The translations under genes were made by a program, and so were the position numbers. Below, piece after piece: positions 10,084 to 19,318 of a stretch of DNA of 64,000 nt. The notes below the pieces were generated by a model. It was not told the DNA's origin and did no database searches. It saw nothing but the letters and a program-made list of their open reading frames with translations. The stretch comes from Candidatus Pacebacteria bacterium CG_4_10_14_3_um_filter_34_15 (GTDB taxonomy: Bacteria > Patescibacteriota > Microgenomatia > UBA1400 > PJMF01), in assembly GCA_002783105.1 (NCBI GenBank), contig PFJN01000016.1:15034-79033 (forward strand). The letters are read 5' to 3'. Every line of letters starts with the position of its first letter. The stretch's first letter is position 1.

Positions 10084-10515
10084 ATGAATCTTAAAGACCA
10101 GCTTGTTGAAGATATGAAGCAAGCCATGAGGAGTAAGGATACAGTTAAGCTTGGTGTAATCAGGTTCTTACGTTCAGAAATTAAAAATTTTGAAATTGAT
10201 AATGGCGAACAAGACGACAAAGGAGTAGTTAAAATTATTGCTTCTCAGACCAAAAAAATTAAGGATGCTCTTGTAGATTTCAGAGCTGCGGGTAGAGAAG
10301 ATTTGGTTTCTGCAGAAGAAGCAAAAGTTGCTATTCTGGAGGCATACTTGCCCCAACAAATGAGTGACGAAGACCTCAGAATCGTTGTTGCAAAAATTGT
10401 TGATGAAACTGAAGAAAAGAATATGGGCAAACTGATTGGAGCTGCTGTTAAGGCAGTTGAAGGCAAAGCTGATGGTGGCAGAGTCTCTGCTATGGTCAAA
10501 GAAAAATTGCAGTAA
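10084..10515 (+). CDS. GatB/YqeY domain protein
   Basis: DMKQAMRSKD, YLPQQMS, MGKLIG...GKADG. Confidence 0.92.
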   Translation: MNLKDQLVEDMKQAMRSKDTVKLGVIRFLRSEIKNFEIDNGEQDDKGVVKIIASQTKKIKDALVDFRAAGREDLVSAEEAKVAILEAYLPQQMSDEDLRIVVAKIVDETEEKNMGKLIGAAVKAVEGKADGGRVSAMVKEKLQ

Positions 10516-10538
10516 TATCAGTTGTACCTAAGTTAACT

Positions 10539-11183
10539 ATGAGAACTAAAACCATTGGCGAAGCTCTAAAAGAAGAAAGAGTTAGTCATCGCCTTAGGAT
10601 CGAAGATCTTTCCAAAAAAACTAGAATTCGGATCAACTATTTAGATGCCCTTGAAGAAAATCGGTTTTCTGAGTTGCCCTCAACAACATTTGTTAAGGGT
10701 TACATCAAGACGTACGCAAAGATTTTTGGATTTGATTACAAGCCTCTAATCGCAATGCTTAGACGTGATTATAAGGAAAGTGCTAAGGGCAGGTTGGTTC
10801 CTAGAGAATTTATAAAACCAATTTTTAAAAGAAGATCTTCTCGTACTTCGATTACCTTGGTTGTAGTTATATTAATCAGTATTTTTTCAAGTTTGGTTGG
10901 TTATATCGGTTTTCAATGGCACAACCTAAACAAACCACCAGAGCTTATAGTTTCAAAACCCGGAGAGCAAGATATAGTTTCTTCTAAAGTACTAATTGAG
11001 GGCAAAACAGTTCCTGATGCAATTCTAGTTGTGAATGAACAACCAGTTTCACTACAACCATCTGGAGAGTTTAAAACAGAAATCTTAATTCCAAATGAGG
11101 GAATTGCAATAATCACTATTGAAGCAAAGGATAGAAGAGGCAAGAGTAATACAGTTCAACGATCTGTGAACGTGCAGTTTTAA
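10539..11183 (+). CDS. RodZ-like HTH membrane protein with C-terminal Ig-like domain
   Basis: IGEALKEER...YLDALEE..F..LP..FVKGYIK.YA; single TM; beta-rich C-terminus. Confidence 0.75.
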   Translation: MRTKTIGEALKEERVSHRLRIEDLSKKTRIRINYLDALEENRFSELPSTTFVKGYIKTYAKIFGFDYKPLIAMLRRDYKESAKGRLVPREFIKPIFKRRSSRTSITLVVVILISIFSSLVGYIGFQWHNLNKPPELIVSKPGEQDIVSSKVLIEGKTVPDAILVVNEQPVSLQPSGEFKTEILIPNEGIAIITIEAKDRRGKSNTVQRSVNVQF

Positions 11184-11240
11184 AGCAAACATCGAGAGAA
11201 TGTTGTATGATGAAGTTAGTTAAAGTAAAAAAAGGATAAC

Positions 11241-11513
11241 ATGGATATTTTACCAATAGTTTTTGCAGTCGTATTAGTCGTTCTTACAATCGTACTAAGC
11301 GTGGTTGGAGTTCAGGTGATTATGGTGCTTGTTGAAATCAAGAGAACCTTGAGAAAAGTTAATGCCACTCTCGATGTAGTTGAGGACAAAATGCATGCGA
11401 TTACCAGCCCATTTCAAAATCTTGGCGGCGCATTATCTGGAATTAAAACAGGTATGCAGTTCTTTGAAGCATTTACAGTATGGCTAAGCAAAGGCAAAAA
11501 AAAGGATGAATGA
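11241..11513 (+). CDS. small membrane protein, DUF948/YoxC-like
   Basis: N-terminal TM plus amphipathic helices; precedes a YtxH-like gene. Confidence 0.55.
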   Translation: MDILPIVFAVVLVVLTIVLSVVGVQVIMVLVEIKRTLRKVNATLDVVEDKMHAITSPFQNLGGALSGIKTGMQFFEAFTVWLSKGKKKDE

Positions 11514-11913
11514 CAATGAGCATAATAATTTTTCGTTAGGTTTTGTAGTTGGAGCACTTGTTGGCGTTGCTGGATATTTTTTTACTAGAACGCAAGAAGG
11601 TAAAGAAATTAAAAAAAAAATTACTAGTGAATGGTCTACAATTCGAAAAAAGCTTGAGGACGAGGGAGTGATTCCAGAAGATGGCAAAGATTTTTCGGAC
11701 ATTATTGTAAGCGTAAGAACGAAGCTTTATGAATTTTTAGGTGAAGAAGGTAAATTCCGCAGGAAGAAAGGTTGGCCTGGGTCATTGCGTAGCAAGATAG
11801 AGTACCCTGGGGTAAAGCCAGGAAGAAAAATCACTGGAGCGAGTTCAAAATTAAGTGAGGTTTCAACAAAATCTCTAGCCAAAAAAAGAAAGCGAATGTT
11901 TAAGGGAATTTAA
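11506..11913 (+). CDS. YtxH-like protein
   Basis: FSLGFVVGALVGVAGYFF..T.EGKE pattern. Confidence 0.6.
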   Translation: MNDNEHNNFSLGFVVGALVGVAGYFFTRTQEGKEIKKKITSEWSTIRKKLEDEGVIPEDGKDFSDIIVSVRTKLYEFLGEEGKFRRKKGWPGSLRSKIEYPGVKPGRKITGASSKLSEVSTKSLAKKRKRMFKGI

Positions 11914-11932
11914 TCAACTTTAAACTAAAAAA

Positions 11933-12115
11933 CTATTTTCCGAGTGCCATCATAACCATCTGTTTGAAGGCATCGAGAGTGGATTTTAATGCTATGGCAA
12001 TCCATCTAAAAATAAATTTTAGTGTTCCATTAGCTATATTAGTTGATCTTTTTTTGAATTCAGGAGAGTTTACGAAGCTTTGAAATTCTGGTGTTTGTGC
12101 ATTTTGCATTTGCAT
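11933..12115 (-). CDS. small hypothetical protein
   Basis: Fills the intergenic gap; TATAAT 12 nt upstream on the minus strand. Confidence 0.45.
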   Translation of the reverse strand: MQMQNAQTPEFQSFVNSPEFKKRSTNIANGTLKFIFRWIAIALKSTLDAFKQMVMMALGK

Positions 12116-12197
12116 AAGTAGTCGCTAATTATAATGCGAGTTTGGTGATAAGGCAATGATTTGTAATAATCTTAAGATAGATTATAATTCCAGTTAT

Positions 12198-14069
12198 ATG
12201 AAACCAGATGAACTTCGAAACCTATACTTAAGTTTTTTCAAAAATAATGGTCATGAAATTGTGCCATCGGCTTCAATTGTGCCAGAAAATGATCCAACTA
12301 CGCTTTTTACTGGATCTGGTATGCAACCAATGATGGAGTATCTGCTCGGTGCAAAACATCCTAAAGGAACTAGAATTGTTGATAGTCAGAAATGTTTTAG
12401 ATCGCAGGATATTGAAGAAGTTGGTGATAATAGACATATAACTTTTTTCGAAATGTTGGGAAATTGGTCTTTTGGGGATTATTTCAAGCAAGAACAGCTT
12501 GAGTGGCTTTTTAAGTTTTTAACTAGAGACATAGATTTGGATCCAAACAAGCTATTCATCACGGTTTTTAGAGGAAATGACAAGCTTAAAATTGGTAAAG
12601 ATGTCAAGTCTGTAGAGATCTGGAAGAAACTATTCTTACAAGTTGGTATAGAGGCAAAAGATATCGATTTTTCAGAAAAGACAGGTCTTCAAGATGGCAG
12701 AATTTTTTATTACGATGAAACCAAAAACTGGTGGTCTAGAGCAGGTATTCCTGATAAGATGCCGGCAGGTGAGCCAGGTGGTCCAGATAGCGAAGTGTTC
12801 TATGATTTTGGTGCAGACAAAAACATTCACGAAAATTCTCAACTTAAAGATGAAGTTTGCCATGTGAACTGTGATTGCGGAAGATTTTTAGAGATTGGCA
12901 ATAATGTTTTCATGCAGTATCAGAAACAAGCTGACGGTGGATTCAAGGAACTTTCGCAAAAGAATGTTGATTTTGGTGGAGGTTTTGAAAGAATTTTAGC
13001 CGCAATCAATGACACTGCCGATGTTTTTCAAACTGCTCTTTTTATTCCAATTATTAGACATTTAGAAAAAATTAGTGACCAAAAATATGAGTCTTCTTCC
13101 AACTCTAAAAGATCTTTTAGAGTTATTGCCGATCATATGCGCGCTGCAGTAATGTTAGCGGCTGACGGCGTTTATCCCTCCAACAAAGAACAAGGTTATT
13201 TTGCCAGAAGACTAGTTAGAAGATCAATTAGATATGCAAAAATGATTGGTGTTAACCAACTATTTGTTGCCGATCTAATTCCGGTAATCGTTGAAATTTA
13301 TCAAAACTCATATCCTGATGTAAGCCAAAAATTAGTCAAAATTCAGAGTGTTTTGGTTCAAGAAGAAAATAAATTTGCCAAAACTATAGAAAAAGGCTTA
13401 CGAGAGCTTGAAAAATATCAAGAAATGACTCCACCAGTTGCTATTGATGGTGCGATTGCATTTAGATTATATGAAACTCATGGATTTCCTTTTGAACTTA
13501 CTCAAGAAATTGCTCATGAAAAGGGTCAAAAAATTAGTCTTGAGGAATTTGAAAATGCTAAGAGGGCTCATGCTGTCATGTCCAGAGACGCTTCTTCAGA
13601 TAAATTCAAAGGTGGCTTACAAGATAGTAGCGTCCAAACCACAAAATATCACACGGCTACTCATTTACTTCATGCCGCTTTGCGAAAGATATTAGGCAGG
13701 CACGTCCAACAAAAAGGATCAAATATAACTGTAGACAGACTAAGATTTGATTTCTCACATCCACAAGCACTTTCTCAGAATGAAAAAATCCAAGTTCAAG
13801 ATCAGGTCAACGAATGGATAGATGCTGCTTTGCCAGTCAAAGTCGAACATTTGAGAAAAAGTGACGCTTTGGAATCTGGAGCAATTGCATTTTTTGTTGA
13901 AAAATACCCTGACGAAGTTACGATTTATACGATTGGAGATGGAGATGCCTGGATTTCAAAAGAATTTTGTGGTGGCCCCCACGTCAAAAATACATCTGAA
14001 ATAGGCAAGATAGAAATCTTTAAAGAGAAGGCAGCTTCTGCCGGAGTTCGAAGAGTTTATCTTAAATAA
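12198..14069 (+). CDS. alaS: alanine--tRNA ligase, short form without C-Ala domain
   Basis: DPTTLFTGSGMQP, TFFEMLGNWSFGDYFK, HTATHLLH, EFCGGPHV; ends at GVRRVYLK. Confidence 0.97.
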   Translation: MKPDELRNLYLSFFKNNGHEIVPSASIVPENDPTTLFTGSGMQPMMEYLLGAKHPKGTRIVDSQKCFRSQDIEEVGDNRHITFFEMLGNWSFGDYFKQEQLEWLFKFLTRDIDLDPNKLFITVFRGNDKLKIGKDVKSVEIWKKLFLQVGIEAKDIDFSEKTGLQDGRIFYYDETKNWWSRAGIPDKMPAGEPGGPDSEVFYDFGADKNIHENSQLKDEVCHVNCDCGRFLEIGNNVFMQYQKQADGGFKELSQKNVDFGGGFERILAAINDTADVFQTALFIPIIRHLEKISDQKYESSSNSKRSFRVIADHMRAAVMLAADGVYPSNKEQGYFARRLVRRSIRYAKMIGVNQLFVADLIPVIVEIYQNSYPDVSQKLVKIQSVLVQEENKFAKTIEKGLRELEKYQEMTPPVAIDGAIAFRLYETHGFPFELTQEIAHEKGQKISLEEFENAKRAHAVMSRDASSDKFKGGLQDSSVQTTKYHTATHLLHAALRKILGRHVQQKGSNITVDRLRFDFSHPQALSQNEKIQVQDQVNEWIDAALPVKVEHLRKSDALESGAIAFFVEKYPDEVTIYTIGDGDAWISKEFCGGPHVKNTSEIGKIEIFKEKAASAGVRRVYLK

Positions 14070-14166
14070 TAAGTTGCTCTTCTATTTTAGTCAATAATTT
14101 GCTTTAATTAAGGACAGTAAGCTCGATCTATCGAAGAACGGTTTTATTTTAGTGGATTTAATTTAT

Positions 14167-16464
14167 ATGGACTTGCCCAACCTATTTTCAACAAATTTGG
14201 ATAAAGAAAACCAAGTGATGACAATTTTTATTCACTTGACCGATATCAAAATTCAATCATTTTTACTTTCAATTTCAGACGAAGGTGCTCAGATTTTAGG
14301 AAAATCTAGCGTTTCGGACTATGAAGGAATAGACAATTGCTTGGTTAGAGTTGATGAAAGTCTACAGCAACTTGGAAAAAAATCGGAGAAAGTGACTTCG
14401 GTTATTTTTGGTTTAAATCACGCTTGGGTCAAAAAAGGTGAGGTTACTGAGGACAAAAATCCATTATTAAAGAAACTCACCGATGATTTAGGCTTAAAAC
14501 CAATGGGTTTTATAATTATTTCTGAGGCTCTCGTTCAGCAAAAAATCTCAGCTAACTCGATGTTCTCAGGAATAATTGCAGTTTTTAGTGAGAAAAATTT
14601 AACACTCTCATTGATTCATCAAGGAAAAGTAAAATCTATAGAAACAGTAGGAAGATCATCCGACGGCAAAGGTGATTTTCTTGAGGGGTTAGCACGATTT
14701 TCTGCTAAGTCAGGAAAAGAGGGTTTCTATTTGCCATCAAAAATAATTTTAGCATCTCTAGATTTAGATGAAAAAGAACTTAAGAAACATCAACAATTTG
14801 TTTATGATTCTGATTGGACAGTTCAAACTCAGTTTTTACAACCTCCAACAGTGACGATAATCGCTCAAAATGATTATGAAGAAATGATAACTAAAGAAGC
14901 CGCAAAAGCTGTTGCTTTGCAAAAAGGTATGACAAAAGCAGCAATGGCTGTGATTACAACCAGAGATTTAGATGTCAAACAACCAACTGAGCTCGATACC
15001 GATGAATTGGGTTTTAGTGAAGTTAATCCAGAAGAAGACTTAGAATTAGCAATAGCTGATGAAGTTGTTGAAGCTGATAGTCAATCTCCAACTTCATTTG
15101 GTGTGCCAATTTCTACAAAAGAACTTGATAAGGAGCTTGCTTCTATTAATGAAAATAATCTAAAAGAGCCAGATTTTGAGGAAAATAGTGAGTCGGCTGT
15201 AGATTTTTCTGGTAAAAAGTCTAATGACGAAGATCAAGAGTATGGAGAAACAAAACATATTTTTGATAAAAATAGATCCAAAGACGTTGTCAATGGAAAA
15301 AATTTTAAGCTTTACACTTTGATTGGATTTATTGCCGGTTTAGTTGCCCTGATGGTCATTGGTTTTTTTGGAATTACAAATTTAGCAATCGCTGAAGTTG
15401 GAGTTGTCTTGGAAACTAAGGCAGTTTCTAAAGACTTAGAAATTATATTAGACACTTCAATTTCAGAAACTGATAGTGAAAAATTAATTTTGGCCGCTGA
15501 CAAAGTTTCTAAGACCGAACAATCTGAAAGCACGATGCAGACTACGGGCGTCACAATTGTTGGTGAAAAAGCCAAAGGTAAGGTTTTTATTTACAATAAT
15601 TTGGTAGCTGCTGAAAAATTGTTGACGAAGGGCACGATATTGAGTGCTGGAGATGTAAAATTTGAGCTTGACGATGATGTAACAGTTCCAGCTGCAAGTA
15701 TTCCACAGCCAACAAAATTGGATCCAGGTAAAGCTGAGGCATTTGTAACGGCAACAAAAATAGGGGCAGAGGGTAACATTGTTGAAGATACGCAACTGCT
15801 GGTTTTGCCATATGACAAAAGTTCATACTATGCAGTTGTAACAGATAATGATTTTGTTGGCGGATCAAGCCGAGAGGTTAAGGTCGTGTCAGAAGCAGAT
15901 AGAATTGAGTTGCTCGCTGATTTAAAGAAAGAGATCATTGAGAAAATAAATAAAGGATTTCAAAATGACTCTGGAAATGGTGTTTATATTTTACCATCTA
16001 ATAATATTGTTTCAGAGAAAGCTGATTTTAACTTTGAAGTAGGGAATGAAGCGGAATCTTTATCTCTCAATTTAACCTTAGAAATTGAGGCAATCAAATA
16101 TACCTCCGAAGATTTAAAACCGCTGGCCACTAAAGTTTTGGCTTCAGAAATACCTGAAAATTACAAATTATTTGATGGGGATCCTCAAATATTATCTGCT
16201 CCAACTGAAAATGCTCTGAATACTTTAGATATTACAAAGCCAGTAACTTTGTCTGTGAACATAAGTTCATTTGCAATTCCCGTAATGTCGCAGGACCGAA
16301 TTAAAGATGAAATTTTAGGAAAATCTATTGATGAAGCAAAGTTAATACTCGAGTCAAAGGATGAAATTAAAACTGTTGAAATAACTATTGATCCATCATT
16401 TGCTAGGTCTCTTGTTAGAAAAATACCTAGAAAATTAGAAAAAATAAAGATCGAGTTTAAATGA
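14167..16464 (+). CDS. bitopic membrane protein: FtsA-like N-domain, acidic linker, TM, baseplate-J-like C-domain
   Basis: One TM near aa 385-405; GEKAKGKVFIYN..GT.L, A..IGAEGNI, F.GGSSREV.VVS..D resemble baseplate J/gp47-annotated CPR proteins. Confidence 0.6.
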   Translation: MDLPNLFSTNLDKENQVMTIFIHLTDIKIQSFLLSISDEGAQILGKSSVSDYEGIDNCLVRVDESLQQLGKKSEKVTSVIFGLNHAWVKKGEVTEDKNPLLKKLTDDLGLKPMGFIIISEALVQQKISANSMFSGIIAVFSEKNLTLSLIHQGKVKSIETVGRSSDGKGDFLEGLARFSAKSGKEGFYLPSKIILASLDLDEKELKKHQQFVYDSDWTVQTQFLQPPTVTIIAQNDYEEMITKEAAKAVALQKGMTKAAMAVITTRDLDVKQPTELDTDELGFSEVNPEEDLELAIADEVVEADSQSPTSFGVPISTKELDKELASINENNLKEPDFEENSESAVDFSGKKSNDEDQEYGETKHIFDKNRSKDVVNGKNFKLYTLIGFIAGLVALMVIGFFGITNLAIAEVGVVLETKAVSKDLEIILDTSISETDSEKLILAADKVSKTEQSESTMQTTGVTIVGEKAKGKVFIYNNLVAAEKLLTKGTILSAGDVKFELDDDVTVPAASIPQPTKLDPGKAEAFVTATKIGAEGNIVEDTQLLVLPYDKSSYYAVVTDNDFVGGSSREVKVVSEADRIELLADLKKEIIEKINKGFQNDSGNGVYILPSNNIVSEKADFNFEVGNEAESLSLNLTLEIEAIKYTSEDLKPLATKVLASEIPENYKLFDGDPQILSAPTENALNTLDITKPVTLSVNISSFAIPVMSQDRIKDEILGKSIDEAKLILESKDEIKTVEITIDPSFARSLVRKIPRKLEKIKIEFK

Positions 16465-17402
16465 AAACACAACCAAAGACCGTTGTAATGCAGAGCGATA
16501 TAATTGATCTTTACAGAAATGCATTGCGACAAGGCATAGAAATATCTCAAGTTGAAAAGAAAATTAATCGCCACTTAAAAAGAATAAATGCTAGTGATCA
16601 TATTGAAAATCAAGAGGATGAGTTGAGATCGGAAAACGAAAAGAAACGATTGCCAAAAATTGTGAGGGCTGGCGCTATGGCGTTACCAATTCTATTCTTG
16701 ATAATTGGTTTTTACTTAGTTGGTAGCGCTGTCGTGCCAATCATTGGATCTTACATTATTGTTGCCAAAGATGTTCAGATGACTAATCTAACTTCTCCAG
16801 TACCTCGGGAGCAAGTGATGGACGTTACGCCTTTAGTTATAACTCAAAGTAATATTCCAGAAAAAGTTGATCGTGATTTGAAAATTATAAATGAAGAGCT
16901 AGATTACACAAATCTTTCAAACTGGTTTAGCTCAACTACGCTACCTGAATTTGGTTTGCCAGAACTTGATTATGATATTACTGAATATACGATTGATATT
17001 CCTAAATTAAATATTAGCAATGCTATAGTGAGAGTTGGTGGCAATAATCTTAATGAAAATCTCATCGCCTTTAAGGGTACTGCATTGCCAGGAAGTCCAG
17101 GTGCGCCAGTAGTTTTTGGGCACTCAGTTTTAAGACAATTTTATAATCCAAGTGAGAAAAATCCTCGAAGATATAATTCTATTTTTAGTACTATTATGAC
17201 CTTAGAAACAGGTGATAAAATATTTGTTACGTCTGGAGGAGTAAAATATACATATGCAGTTTTACTGAAGAAAGAAGTTAAACCAGAGGATGTGTATATA
17301 TTGACTCAAAAATATGATTCAAAGCAACTTAAGTTAGTTACCTGTACACCTGAAGGAACCTATTTACGTCGTGGAGTTGTTACCGCTCAACTGATAGAAT
17401 AA
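16461..17402 (+). CDS. sortase family protein
   Basis: TM anchor; IPKLNI, GTALPG, FGHS, LVTCTP, RGVV (His/Cys/Arg triad). Confidence 0.9.
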   Translation: MKTQPKTVVMQSDIIDLYRNALRQGIEISQVEKKINRHLKRINASDHIENQEDELRSENEKKRLPKIVRAGAMALPILFLIIGFYLVGSAVVPIIGSYIIVAKDVQMTNLTSPVPREQVMDVTPLVITQSNIPEKVDRDLKIINEELDYTNLSNWFSSTTLPEFGLPELDYDITEYTIDIPKLNISNAIVRVGGNNLNENLIAFKGTALPGSPGAPVVFGHSVLRQFYNPSEKNPRRYNSIFSTIMTLETGDKIFVTSGGVKYTYAVLLKKEVKPEDVYILTQKYDSKQLKLVTCTPEGTYLRRGVVTAQLIE

Positions 17403-17407
17403 AGACC

Positions 17408-17629
17408 AATTTTTAAAATTAAATATATCAACTGTTCGCGTTGGGACAAGCCCAAAATGCTCTCAGTTCATATATTTAATTTTAAAAAATTATCTAAGAA
17501 TAAAGGATTCGAAAAATTTCGTTGAAGTTGTTTATTTTTTTTGAATTTTCGATTAATTTCAAAATATAAGTACAAACAACGAACATTTTGGGCTTGTCCC
17601 AACGAGAGTTGTTTGAATTTATATTTTGA
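17408..17629. repeat. inverted pair of long hairpin elements with identical 21-nt core
   Basis: CGTTGGGACAAGCCCAAAATG at 17439-17459 and its exact reverse complement at 17584-17604, each inside its own long AT-rich stem. Confidence 0.9.
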
Positions 17630-17653
17630 GGATCATTACTTGAATGAAAAATT

Positions 17654-18061
17654 ATGAATAATCCTGAAGATTCAATATTAGCAATTGATTTTGGAACGGT
17701 CAGGATTGGCCTAGCAATTTCAAGGTATATTTTGGCAGAGCCTTTAGAAATAATTTATAATGATGAGTCCAAATTTCAAAAAATTAAAGAAATTTGTGCA
17801 ACTCATAATATTAAAAAAATTATTGTAGGTCTGTCAGAAAATGAAATGGCAAGGATGACTCAGGTTTTTGCGGCTGAACTTGAAGCAGAAATTAAATCTG
17901 AATGGGAATATAAACCTGATCTAGAATACGTAGATGAAACTTTGAGTTCTCACTCAGTTCACGAGAGATTAAAGTCAGCTAAGAAATCTAAAAGAAATGC
18001 AAATATTGATCACTATGCTGCCTCTGTGTTTTTGCAAGATTGGTTAGACGAAAACTTTTGA
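17654..18061 (+). CDS. yqgF: YqgF/RuvX pre-16S rRNA nuclease
   Basis: LAIDFGTVRIGLAIS, YVDETLSS, IDHYAA..LQ. Confidence 0.93.
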   Translation: MNNPEDSILAIDFGTVRIGLAISRYILAEPLEIIYNDESKFQKIKEICATHNIKKIIVGLSENEMARMTQVFAAELEAEIKSEWEYKPDLEYVDETLSSHSVHERLKSAKKSKRNANIDHYAASVFLQDWLDENF

Positions 18062-18115
18062 TGAGTATTTTGTTTATTAATCTTTGCTTCATTAGGCTTA
18101 ATAAATAAAGGAAAT

Positions 18116-19108
18116 ATGACAAAAAAAACAATCAAGAAAACTACTATTTTATTTGCGGTGATTTTAGTTTTTATAGTCGCAGCTATTTCGGCGCTGTTAT
18201 ATTTAAGTACATTATTGAAACCTCTTGATATAAATTCAACTAAATCTAGCCGATTTGTTATCCCCAAGGGTCAAGCAATTTCAATTATTGGTCAGAGATT
18301 ACAGGAAGAAAAGCTGATTAAAAATGCGTACGCATTTAGATTCGTTGTTGCTAAAGAAAAGTTGGTAAACAAGATTCAAGCAGGTTCTTTTGATATTTCG
18401 GCCAGCATGAGTGTGAGTGAAATAGCCAATTATTTAACAATTGGTACAGAAGATGTTTGGATCACGCTCCTAGAAGGATGGAGAACTGAAGAAATTGCAG
18501 AATATTTAGAGGCTCAGGACTTAGATAGCTTTAACAAAGAAGAGTTTATAACTATGGCAAAACCTAACGAAGGCATGCTTTATCCAGATACTTATTTAAT
18601 TCCTCGAGAAATATCCAGTGAGCAAATATACAATTTATTATTAAATACTTTTGATCTCAAGGTTGTTCAAGGTCTTTCAGAAGAGATTGCAGGCTCCCAA
18701 AGAGATTTTAATCAAGTTTTAATTATGGCATCATTAGTTGAAAGAGAGGCAAAAACTTTCGAACAAATGAGAAGAGTAGCTGGAATTTTATGGAATAGAA
18801 TTGATTTGGGCATGGCCCTGCAGGCTGATGCTACTTTGCAATATGTGAATGGCTATGACAGAGTTCAAAAAAAATGGTGGGCGGTTCCGAGCTCGGAAGA
18901 TAAAAAACAAAAATCACCATATAATACTTATTTAAATCCAGGGCTTCCTCCAAAGCCAATTTCTAACCCCAGTCTAAATGCAATTAAGGCAACACTAGAT
19001 TCTTTAGAATCTGATGATAGGTTTTATATTCATGCCAATGATGGTACGATGTATTATGCCTCAACTTTAGAAGGTCATAACGCAAATGTAAACAAATACT
19101 TGCGCTAG
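18116..19108 (+). CDS. mltG: endolytic transglycosylase MltG
   Basis: EGMLYPDTY, ASLVEREA, LQADAT, SPYNTY..PGLPP.PI.NP. Confidence 0.95.
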   Translation: MTKKTIKKTTILFAVILVFIVAAISALLYLSTLLKPLDINSTKSSRFVIPKGQAISIIGQRLQEEKLIKNAYAFRFVVAKEKLVNKIQAGSFDISASMSVSEIANYLTIGTEDVWITLLEGWRTEEIAEYLEAQDLDSFNKEEFITMAKPNEGMLYPDTYLIPREISSEQIYNLLLNTFDLKVVQGLSEEIAGSQRDFNQVLIMASLVEREAKTFEQMRRVAGILWNRIDLGMALQADATLQYVNGYDRVQKKWWAVPSSEDKKQKSPYNTYLNPGLPPKPISNPSLNAIKATLDSLESDDRFYIHANDGTMYYASTLEGHNANVNKYLR

Positions 19109-19128
19109 GGTGTGATAGTTGTTATAAT
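19100..19128 (+). promoter_or_regulatory. sigma70 promoter for rpoBC
   Basis: TTGCGC-17 nt-TATAAT with extended -10 TG. Confidence 0.7.
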
Positions 19129-19221
19129 ACTCAGTTCAGTGTACTAAATAATAGTGGGGCTAAATTTCTTGAGTACAGTAACGTACGTCACTTCAGGTGC
19201 ATTACTCTAAAAAAATATCAA

Positions 19222-19254
19222 GGGGAGCGACTTTTGTCAGTCTCTCCATTTTTT
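19222..19254 (+). terminator. attenuator-like hairpin in rpoB leader
   Basis: GGGGAGCGAC-TTTT-GTCAGTCTCTCC followed by ATTTTTT. Confidence 0.5.
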
Positions 19255-19318
19255 AGTTTAAAAGCCAGATTAGCAGCTCCCAACTAGATTAAACAAACTA
19301 TAATAGCAAGGGAGATTC

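Noticed and set aside
12198-14069. alaS as a truncated pseudogene
   Set aside because: Catalytic and editing motifs are intact and it ends cleanly at a domain boundary; short AlaRS forms are known.
14167-16464. Prophage suggested by the baseplate-like domain
   Set aside because: No integrase, terminase, capsid or tail genes; the protein is membrane-anchored among housekeeping genes.
17408-17629. CRISPR array
   Set aside because: Only two copies, in inverted orientation, with no spacer periodicity and no cas genes.
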